This document shows, piece after piece, positions 36,732 through 44,246 of a stretch of 64,000 bases of DNA. A program made the position numbers and the translations under genes. Numbering within the stretch: the first letter of the stretch is position 1; each line of letters starts with the position of its first letter. Source of the stretch: Clostridiales bacterium (GTDB lineage Bacteria > Bacillota > Peptococcia > DRI-13 > UBA5745); the NCBI GenBank assembly GCA_038562165.1, contig JBCFAO010000012.1, forward strand, positions 19,850-83,849, read 5' to 3'. The notes beneath the pieces are model-generated. The model worked only from the letters and a program-made list of their open reading frames with translations. It ran no database searches and was not told the DNA's origin.

Positions 36732-38237
36732 CTAGGCATCGCCTTTTAAGGTTTTGACATCCTTGACCTGATCCATATGACCGCCAATAGCCTCGTAGTC
36801 CGATAGCTTCATGGTATACTCCACCGGCGCCACCGTAGCGGGAGTGGGGACCCAGCTAAAGCCGTTGGCTACCACTTGCTCGGTATCGATGATGAAGTTG
36901 ATGCCGCCGCCGGGAAGAATAAAGGTGGGAGCGCCGCCGATGGTCAGAACGGCTTTGCCGGCGTGGACGGCTTTGGAAAGAGCCAGAGGCTTCTTGCAGA
37001 CGCCGCCCCGGGCGCTGCCGCCGGTACCGCCGGTGTACATCACGGAACAGCGGGATTCTTCACAGGCTTCATTGATGGCTTTCGGCACCCGCAGGGCTTT
37101 TTCCGTCATGGGGATGGCCTTGACTTCGCCGTCGGCCTGTAGCTCAAAGAGCTCATGAATCTCACCGGTGGTATTGACCACCAGAATCGTCATGCCCGGT
37201 TTGGCAATGGACATATCCACGCTCTTGATGGCATCCCGGCAGCTCATCAGCGTAGTGCCGCCGATGCCGTCGCCGTGTTCGCCAAAGTAGCGGCCCCGGG
37301 AGCTCTTGGTGGCGTTGGGCACCACGCCGCTCCAGGAAAGGCCGATGGCAGCGCCGGCCAGATGCTCGGTGCATAAGCCGATGACATGATGGTCGATAAC
37401 CAGGCATTCGTCCACGCATTCTTTCATGAGATAGGCAAAGAGGCCTACGGTAGCGCTGCCGCAGCCCAGGCGCATTTTCTTTTCCTGAACGCCGTTGATG
37501 ATGGGGGCTTTGCCGGCCTGCATGCGGACTTTGTATTTCTTGTCTACGGAAACTTCCACTTCCTGGCCGTTGGCCAGTTCCACGATGGTGCGGGCCGTCA
37601 TGAAGCCGCCGTCACCGGTGAGCCGGTTAGCGCCGCCGATGGCGATCATTTTGGAGCCGTATTCTTCCGTATTGACCATACCCACAACTTTGCCGTCACG
37701 GTAGACCTTGGCGCCCTCTTCGCCGATATAGCTGTTGGTATCCAGCTTCACAATCAGGCCGCTGTAGCTCAAAGGTGCTTCTGTGACAACGGTAACCACA
37801 TCCACGCCCTCTCTGCTTTCCTTGACGATATGGGGAGCAGGCAGGGAGCAGGGGTAGTTGGCGCCGCCGCCGACGGCGGTAATGATGGGCCGGCGGATAT
37901 TTTCCTCGGGGGAAACTAAATCCTTGGGCTCCAAAACATGTTCCAAAGTTCTTTCCAGCTTGCCGTTTCTGTTGGCGTAGCGTTTGCAAGCACCGGTAGC
38001 GCCTTCAGGAACCCGGCACTGAATGGGACAGTTGCTGCATATTACGGCGGCAGCCGGCAATTCGTCGGTTTTCTCCAAAGCTTTAAAAGGACAAACCCGG
38101 ACGCAGATGCCGCATTGTACGCAGGAATCTTTAATGTGCAGTTTTTTTCCTTCTAAGTACAAAGCTTCTACGGGACAGTTTTTTACGCAAATACCGCAGC
38201 TTTTACAATTTTCGTTAACGATGATCACTAAATCCAC
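36732..38237 (-). CDS. hnr: 6-hydroxynicotinate reductase (N-terminal 2x[4Fe-4S] ferredoxin domain)
   Basis: CKSCGICVKNCP and CVQCGICVRVCP, then CSNCPIQC...C. About 500 aa. Start ambiguous (GTG at 38237 or GTG at 38228). Confidence 0.78.
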   Translation of the reverse strand: MDLVIIVNENCKSCGICVKNCPVEALYLEGKKLHIKDSCVQCGICVRVCPFKALEKTDELPAAAVICSNCPIQCRVPEGATGACKRYANRNGKLERTLEHVLEPKDLVSPEENIRRPIITAVGGGANYPCSLPAPHIVKESREGVDVVTVVTEAPLSYSGLIVKLDTNSYIGEEGAKVYRDGKVVGMVNTEEYGSKMIAIGGANRLTGDGGFMTARTIVELANGQEVEVSVDKKYKVRMQAGKAPIINGVQEKKMRLGCGSATVGLFAYLMKECVDECLVIDHHVIGLCTEHLAGAAIGLSWSGVVPNATKSSRGRYFGEHGDGIGGTTLMSCRDAIKSVDMSIAKPGMTILVVNTTGEIHELFELQADGEVKAIPMTEKALRVPKAINEACEESRCSVMYTGGTGGSARGGVCKKPLALSKAVHAGKAVLTIGGAPTFILPGGGINFIIDTEQVVANGFSWVPTPATVAPVEYTMKLSDYEAIGGHMDQVKDVKTLKGDA

Positions 38238-38299
38238 CCTTTCTTAAACCCTCTTAACCCCTTAAAACCTAAGCATTACCTTGGCGGCTTATTAAAGCC

Positions 38300-39460
38300 T
38301 TATTGAACTTTGGCCTGGCGTGTGGCGGGAGGCGTATTGCGGCTCTTGTTGACCTTCACTACGCCGTCGATGATGACGATGCTGACGCCGGGGATGTCGC
38401 CGGCGGCAATGGCGCCCAAAGCGTCCTCGGCTACGGAGCCCAAAGGGGCGTCCATGATTACCAGGTCGGCCTCTTTGCCGGGAGCAATAACGCCGGTGTT
38501 TAGACCGTAGACCTTGGCGGTATTGCCGGTGGCCATACAAACGGTCTGTTCGGGAGCGATGCCGGATACGGAAGCGATCTGGCACATATTGCGCAGGATG
38601 CCCAAGGGAATCAGGCCGGTGCCGGAAGGAGCGTCGTTGCCGAAGATAATCCGGGGCAGCATACCTTTTTCCTGGGCCCGGCGGGCTACGTAATCGGCTA
38701 CCTTGGGATTGCCGCACTGAACGATTTCCAGAGCAAATTCCGTCTCGTCCATGATACGGTCCACTTCCTGCAGGGAGATAGCGGTAGGTCCGCCATTAAT
38801 ATGAGAAACCACATCGGGCTTCGTGGCGATAACATCAGCGGCAGTGACGGTGGAGCTGCCGGGAATGGAAGTGCCGCCGGTATGCATTTGCACTTTGAAA
38901 CCATATTTATGGGCCCACTCTACCATCGGAGCTGCTTCGGCAGGAGACTTGACGGAACCCAGGCCGATTTCGCCTACGATCCATACGCCTTGCTCTTTCA
39001 GCTCGGCAAAGTCTTTTTCCACAAGGCCTTTTTCCAGGATCAGGCCGCCGCCGTGAACTTTAACCCCGGAAGGCCGGGCATTCTCATAAGATTTATGGGC
39101 TAAAATAGCCAGGGCTTTCGTACCGGCCGGATCTTTAGGACGGCCGGGCATATGAGCCTCGCCGGCGGAAATCATAGTGGTAACGCCGCCGTGTAAAGCA
39201 CTGTCAATATAATTAAGGGTGGACTGGCGCTGGGCAAAATCTCCGATAGTGGTATGAACGTGAGAATCAAAAAGTCCGGGTGTTACGGTAGTGCCGCCGG
39301 CGTCAATAACTTTGGCGCCTTCAGCCTTTTCGGCCAGCTCTTTGCCGCCGATGGCAACGATAAGGTTGTCCTCCACGACTATAGTATCACCTTTCAGGAT
39401 TGGGTTGGCACAATCCCCGCTGACAATAGTACCGATGTTGGTAATGATTAGCTTGCTCAT
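38300..39460 (-). CDS. ena: Enamidase (amidohydrolase superfamily; 1,4,5,6-tetrahydro-6-oxonicotinate hydrolase)
   Basis: 386 aa from the ATG at 39460 (GAGGAG RBS). GLFDSHVHTTIG metal-binding motif. Confidence 0.82.
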   Translation of the reverse strand: MSKLIITNIGTIVSGDCANPILKGDTIVVEDNLIVAIGGKELAEKAEGAKVIDAGGTTVTPGLFDSHVHTTIGDFAQRQSTLNYIDSALHGGVTTMISAGEAHMPGRPKDPAGTKALAILAHKSYENARPSGVKVHGGGLILEKGLVEKDFAELKEQGVWIVGEIGLGSVKSPAEAAPMVEWAHKYGFKVQMHTGGTSIPGSSTVTAADVIATKPDVVSHINGGPTAISLQEVDRIMDETEFALEIVQCGNPKVADYVARRAQEKGMLPRIIFGNDAPSGTGLIPLGILRNMCQIASVSGIAPEQTVCMATGNTAKVYGLNTGVIAPGKEADLVIMDAPLGSVAEDALGAIAAGDIPGVSIVIIDGVVKVNKSRNTPPATRQAKVQ

Positions 39461-39534
39461 GATACATTCTCCTCTCTCTATATAAAAAAGTGGTTGGTCC
39501 GGTCCCCCTATGACCATCTATTACTATTTAACAT

Positions 39535-39550
39535 AGCAAGAAGTATGCCA
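39535..39550 (-). promoter_or_regulatory. Sigma-54 (-24/-12) promoter upstream of ena
   Basis: Minus strand TGGCATACTTCTTGCT. GG-N10-GC spacing is exact. About 75 nt upstream of the ena ATG. Confidence 0.75.
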
Positions 39551-39683
39551 AAAATTCGACAATGATGAAAAATAGAATAGAGTATACAAAAAACCTTTAC
39601 ATTTGTTAAGATTTTTGATGATTGGGCCAGAAAGCAGAAAAGGGCAAAAGTTGTCGGATAAAAACGGAAAAAGCGACCAAACA

Positions 39684-39770
39684 TTTCAAAAATGTAATGC
39701 CTCAAAAATATGGCGGCCTGTGAGGGATTTTCAACGTTTCAAAAATGAAATGATGGTTTCAAGGTTGAAA
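39684..39770. promoter_or_regulatory. Three TTTCA-N4-TGAAA palindromes (candidate enhancer/UAS for the sigma-54 activator)
   Basis: TTTCAaaaaTGTAA 39684-39697, TTTCAaaaaTGAAA 39737-39750, TTTCAaggtTGAAA 39757-39770. They lie 135-235 bp upstream of the -24/-12 element. Confidence 0.5.
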
Positions 39771-39833
39771 TACACAGGCGCCGATATTGCTGAGGCATAA
39801 GGGGTGAGGCTTTTAATTATTCTATTTTTTCAT

Positions 39834-41405
39834 TTATTCAATGCCAAATTCTTTGATTTTTCGCCAGAGGGTGATGGTGCTGATACCCAGCAGGTCGGCG
39901 GCTTCTTTTTTAATGCCGCCGGCATGATGCAAGGCGTTTTTGATGGCTGCAATCTCCGCATGCTGGATCTGGTCCTTTAAATTGAAAGATTTGCCCGTTG
40001 GGCCCCTGTGGCCCTGACTCAAGTTCAGCAAATAAGGGGGCAGGCTTGAACTCAGCAACCGGCTTTCGTTGACGCTGGTCATATTCATAGCCCGTTCCAC
40101 GCAGCTTTTCAACTCCCGCACATTGCCGGGCCAGTGGTGGCTCATTAAAATGTCGTAAAATCTGTCTTCGGCGGAAAAGACGAATTTTCCCAACAGCCGG
40201 TTAAATTCCGCAATAAAAGTTTTAACCAGCAGGGGAATATCCTCCTTGCGCTCCCGCAAAGGGGGGATGCGGATCTCGATGACGTTGATGCGGTAGTAGA
40301 GGTCCTCCCGGAAACGGCCTTCTTTGACAGCCTGAAGCAGGTCGCTATGGGTGGAGGAAATAATGCGGACGTCCAGCTTAATCGGCGTGAACTCCCCGAT
40401 GCGCATTACCTCTTTTTCCTGAATGACCCGCAGCAGTTTTGTCTGCAGGTCCGGCGGCATTTCACTGATTTCGTCAAGAAAAATCGTACCCGTATTGGCC
40501 TGCTCGAAGGCGCCGCTGCTGCCTTCTTTTTTGGCACCGGTAAAAGCGCCGCCGGAATAGCCGAATAAATAGCTTTCGATGATGCTGGCCGGTATGGCGC
40601 CGCAGTTGATGGCGACGAAAGGCTTATCCCGCCGGTCGCTTTCGTTATGGATAGCCTGGGCAAAGAGCTCTTTACCGGTGCCCGTTTCCCCATTGAGCAA
40701 AATGGAGGAGGCCCGGGAGGCCGTAAGGCACAAGTGCTTGGCATAAGTGATTTTTTCGCTTTCGCCTACAATATCCTTTAAATTGTAGCGGGCGGTCTGA
40801 AACTTTTTAACTTCCTCAAATAATTTTTTCTCATGGTGGACGGTGAGCTCGTTATTGAAGCCCAGACCGTATTCTTTAGTAATAGGAATGCGGATAGCCA
40901 TGGCCCCGTGAACGGAGGTGGATTCGCCGAAGGTGGGGGTTTGCTCCTCCATGGCTTTGCGGGCCAGCTTGCTGACCTTGCCGATTTGCTTTTCAATAAC
41001 CTTGCCAGCGGCGTCTACCGTATTGAGCCGTAAGCCGTTTTTATCGAAAATAACGGCTTCGCCGCCTACGAGGCGGGCAATAAAGGGCAGGGCCTGATCC
41101 AAAGATTTGACCAAGGCTTGATCCCTGGCGGTTTTGGCGGTGTTGCTGGCGGCAATCACGTAGTCGCCGAAGGGAATGGCCCAGGTTTGGGCGTCATTGG
41201 CGATTTGAGAGAAACCGATCTTGATCTGGCCGCTTTCACCGGCTTCCCGGGCCAGGTCGTAAACCATGCCCCGCATTTCCGTCAACTCCGTGCCGGAGGA
41301 ATCGTAAGTCCTGATCCGGATGCCGGCGGTGTCGGTGATTGTGGAATAGCCTTCGCAAATTTGGGCGATGGATTTTAAGGCATCTTCAAATTGGGCAGCT
41401 TCCAT
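39834..41405 (-). CDS. Sigma-54-dependent transcriptional activator (bEBP) with an uncharacterised N-terminal sensor domain
   Basis: 523 aa. GETGTGKELFAQAIH Walker A, GGAFTGA loop, C-terminal Fis-type HTH. Confidence 0.88.
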   Translation of the reverse strand: MEAAQFEDALKSIAQICEGYSTITDTAGIRIRTYDSSGTELTEMRGMVYDLAREAGESGQIKIGFSQIANDAQTWAIPFGDYVIAASNTAKTARDQALVKSLDQALPFIARLVGGEAVIFDKNGLRLNTVDAAGKVIEKQIGKVSKLARKAMEEQTPTFGESTSVHGAMAIRIPITKEYGLGFNNELTVHHEKKLFEEVKKFQTARYNLKDIVGESEKITYAKHLCLTASRASSILLNGETGTGKELFAQAIHNESDRRDKPFVAINCGAIPASIIESYLFGYSGGAFTGAKKEGSSGAFEQANTGTIFLDEISEMPPDLQTKLLRVIQEKEVMRIGEFTPIKLDVRIISSTHSDLLQAVKEGRFREDLYYRINVIEIRIPPLRERKEDIPLLVKTFIAEFNRLLGKFVFSAEDRFYDILMSHHWPGNVRELKSCVERAMNMTSVNESRLLSSSLPPYLLNLSQGHRGPTGKSFNLKDQIQHAEIAAIKNALHHAGGIKKEAADLLGISTITLWRKIKEFGIE

Positions 41406-41503
41406 AGGCGTTTCCTTTCTTATCCCGATAGCGGTTTTTTATCAGGAATCGGGATTAAGGGTTGATTATAGCGGTTATTGATGTAGAATGAACAATAGAG
41501 CCT

Positions 41504-41593
41504 GAATTCGAGAAGCTTGAATTCGGGAGGCCGGAATCCGAAAAGCTTGAATCCAAGAAACTGGAATCCGAGAGGCCGGCATTCAAAAAGGGA
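41504..41593. repeat. Tandem array, 15 bp x6 (GAATYCGAGARGCYK), ending 8 nt before the downstream ATG
   Basis: gaattcgagaagctt / gaattcgggaggccg / gaatccgaaaagctt / gaatccaagaaactg / gaatccgagaggccg / gcattcaaaaaggga. Confidence 0.85.
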
Positions 41594-41601
41594 GATGTAT
41601 C

Positions 41602-42417
41602 ATGACCGATTTTCTAAAAAGAACGGCCAGAGTAGCCTTCGGCCTGTTTTTATGCGCTATAGGTTCTTATCTTAGTATTCAAGCTAACGTGGGGTTGGCG
41701 CCCTGGGGAGCCTTCAATATCGGCGTGGCCGCCGTCACGGGCCTGACCTACGGCAATGTTTCTATTATTACTGCTTTGCTGGTGATTCTGGTGGATGTGG
41801 CCCTCAAGGAGAAAATCGGCATGGGCACATTAATGGATTCCATTTTGATGGGCGTATTTGTGGATCTGATGATCCGGCTGAATCCGCTGCCCCAATGCAC
41901 AAATTACATTTTGGGAATTTTTGTGCTGCTGCTGGGGCAGGTAGCCATCTGCCTGGGAACCTACTATTATATAAGTGCGGGTTTGAGCTGCGGTCCCCGG
42001 GATTCGCTGATGGTGGCTTTGGACAAGCGCCTTTCCCGGGTGCCCATCGGAGCGGTACGGGGCCTTATCGAGACTACGGCTCTTCTGGTGGGCTGGCTTT
42101 TGGGGGCGAAAGTTGGTCTGGGCACAATTATAGCGGTTTTGGGAATCAGTTCTATTTTGCAATTGACGTTCAGCATGTTCCGGTTCGATCCGAAAACCGT
42201 GGATCATGAGGATATCCTTACCTCTTTTCGCAAGGTGAAGGCAGACTTGGCCAAGAAAGTGGGCGGAGGAAACGAAGGGAAAGCGGAAGGGTTTATTGTC
42301 CTAGAAAGAGCCGGAGCTGAGCCGCTGCCTGCCGACGGCTTGCCGTCTCTACCGCCAGGCATTGCACCAAAGGGTGCCTCTTTACCCGGTCAAGGAAAGG
42401 ATCGGATCTTTCCTTGA
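41602..42417 (+). CDS. YczE/YitT-like integral membrane protein
   Basis: 271 aa. N-terminal 200 aa polytopic. The hydrophilic tail is encoded antisense to the 3' end of the next gene. Confidence 0.5.
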   Translation: MTDFLKRTARVAFGLFLCAIGSYLSIQANVGLAPWGAFNIGVAAVTGLTYGNVSIITALLVILVDVALKEKIGMGTLMDSILMGVFVDLMIRLNPLPQCTNYILGIFVLLLGQVAICLGTYYYISAGLSCGPRDSLMVALDKRLSRVPIGAVRGLIETTALLVGWLLGAKVGLGTIIAVLGISSILQLTFSMFRFDPKTVDHEDILTSFRKVKADLAKKVGGGNEGKAEGFIVLERAGAEPLPADGLPSLPPGIAPKGASLPGQGKDRIFP

Positions 42418-43024
42418 TTACGCCTAATACCAGATAGGGGCCGTTCAGGACCTCCAATACCCGGTTTTGAAAGAGAAAGGCCTCTTTTTCCAAAAAGCCC
42501 AGCTCGTCCATCAGCACCAGGCTCCCGGGTGGGATGCCCTCCAGCAAGGCGGCGCCGGCGGTGTCGAAGACTTGGGGATAAGCCGCTATTATACCGGCTG
42601 GGCCGCAGAGGCCCACAAGGTTGCCGGAGTTGGGGCTGACAGATGAGGCGCAGCGGCCGCTAACAGAGGCGGCGGGGCTGCCGCTAAGCGAAGGACTGCC
42701 GCTAAGTGAGACGGGATTGTCCCATGAGGCAGGGGTGTCGGCGTTGGCGCTAATAGCACCGGTATCCTTGACTGCTTGGCCAATATCCGGCGGACTCAGC
42801 AGAACCTGGTGAGTGGCTTGCTTGACGTGGACGCAGGGCGGCTGCGAAAGCGAAGGGGGTTGCAGCGGGGGCTGGATCAGCGGAGCCTGAACCAGCAGGG
42901 AAGATTGAGGCAAAGGCAGCTTTTTCGTGGAAAAACCGGCCGGCGCTATATTAGCTTGCCGGAGAGCGGCATTGATCAGAGTAGTTTTGCCGGCGCCGCT
43001 GGGGCCGTAGAGAAAAAGATGCAT
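42293..43024 (-). CDS. THEP1-like P-loop NTPase with a large low-complexity insertion
   Basis: GPSGAGKTT Walker A, GFSTKKL, LVLMDELGFLE Walker B. About 100 aa P/S/Q-rich insert between them. Confidence 0.6.
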   Translation of the reverse strand: MHLFLYGPSGAGKTTLINAALRQANIAPAGFSTKKLPLPQSSLLVQAPLIQPPLQPPSLSQPPCVHVKQATHQVLLSPPDIGQAVKDTGAISANADTPASWDNPVSLSGSPSLSGSPAASVSGRCASSVSPNSGNLVGLCGPAGIIAAYPQVFDTAGAALLEGIPPGSLVLMDELGFLEKEAFLFQNRVLEVLNGPYLVLGVIKERSDPFLDRVKRHPLVQCLAVETASRRQAAAQLRLFLGQ

Positions 43025-43140
43025 AGCATACCTCCTTTTGCCTTATCTCTATTGTAATGGATAACAGGAGTCAAATCAATTAATCAATTTATCGGGCCGC
43101 AGTGGAAAAATTAGGGACAGAAGCGGTTTCTGTGCAGACC

Positions 43141-43430
43141 TTCAACTTTGCAGCTTTACATCTCATGCCATAGCGTGTTGTTCAAAATTGCAGGTTTGTA
43201 TTGCCTGCTTATAGCATTTTGCTCAAAATTGCAAGTTTGTAGGACGTATTTTGGCCTGGAAATAGGGTTTTCACCCATTTATGGGCCGAATTTGTTCCAA
43301 AGCAGGGATTTAGAGGTATACAAACCTGCATTTTTGCTCAGTTAGTCAAAGCGAACGATAACAAACTTGCAATTTTGAGCAGTTAGCTATGTCACACCCT
43401 AACAAACCTGCAATTTTGAGCAGTTAGCCT
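43141..43430. repeat. Family A modular inverted-repeat element, copy 2
   Basis: Cores at 43183 and 43224 (+, 41-bp spacing; degenerate one at 43141). Inverted cores at 43320, 43361 and 43402 (41-bp spacing). Confidence 0.8.
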
Positions 43431-43569
43431 TTGCTAGCCCCGCCCCTACCGTGCCACCGCCGCTGGCCTGTGCCGGTCGCCCCTACCGTGCCGCCACCGC
43501 CGCCGGTTCCCCTTTCGTCCGCTGCCGGCTTACTGCCCTGCCATTCTGGATTTAAAGGAGCATATATTA

Positions 43570-44214
43570 ATGGAAGAAAAAAATATCGGAGCCGTAGTTA
43601 TGGCTTCCGGCTTTTCCCGGCGTTTGGGAACCAACAAGCTGCTGATGCCTTTGGATGAAAAGACCAGAGTAATCGACAGGGTGCTGGATAGGATAAAAGA
43701 AATGGATTATGCTGCCGTGGCGGTGGTATCCCAGTACGAGGAGGTTTTGGAGCTGGCCTGCCGCCAAGGATTTAAGGCGGTGGCTAACGCCGAGGCCTTG
43801 GAAGGCAAAAGCAGCTCCATCCGGCTGGGTGTGGCCACTTTGGAAGCCATGGTGGACAGCGGCGAAAGCCCTCCCTTGGACGGCATGATTTTTTTCACCG
43901 GCGATCAGGCTCTGCTGACCAAGGAGCTGCTGGCAGCCCTAAAAGCGGCTTTTCAGGAGGAGCCCGATAAGATTGTATTCCCCGCCTATGATGGCAAGCC
44001 CGGCTCGCCGGCAATTTTCCCCATGGATATGGCTGGAAGGCTCAAGGAGCTCCAGGGCGAGGAGGGCGGCATGAGGGCTGCCTTTGAGCAAAAGGAACGG
44101 ATTCATTATCTGCCGGCGGGAGCTTCCTGGCAGGGCTGGGATTTGGATATCCTTGAGGATTGGGAAAAGATCAAACTTTTTTATTGTAATCTGAGCCGGG
44201 AACCCTTAAAATAG
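43570..44214 (+). CDS. MocA-like nucleotidyltransferase (molybdenum cofactor cytidylyltransferase family)
   Basis: 214 aa. VVMASGFSRRLGTNKLL N-terminal motif. Confidence 0.7.
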   Translation: MEEKNIGAVVMASGFSRRLGTNKLLMPLDEKTRVIDRVLDRIKEMDYAAVAVVSQYEEVLELACRQGFKAVANAEALEGKSSSIRLGVATLEAMVDSGESPPLDGMIFFTGDQALLTKELLAALKAAFQEEPDKIVFPAYDGKPGSPAIFPMDMAGRLKELQGEEGGMRAAFEQKERIHYLPAGASWQGWDLDILEDWEKIKLFYCNLSREPLK

Positions 44215-44246
44215 GAAGGTACAAAACTGAATATAAGGAGCGATAT

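Noticed and set aside
41504-41550. GAATTC...AAGCTT...GAATTC (EcoRI/HindIII sites) looked like a cloning polylinker or vector contamination
   Set aside because: The sites are part of a degenerating six-unit natural repeat. The flanks are continuous native sequence with a normal RBS and gene.
43431-43658. 75-aa Pro-rich ORF and GC-rich direct repeat CGCCCCTACCGTGCC(G)CCACCGCCGC (43441 and 43478) upstream of the mocA-like gene
   Set aside because: The ORF overlaps the real mocA-like start in another frame and has no RBS. There are only two repeat copies with no hairpin potential. G-run (quadruplex) potential on the minus strand is noted but is too speculative.
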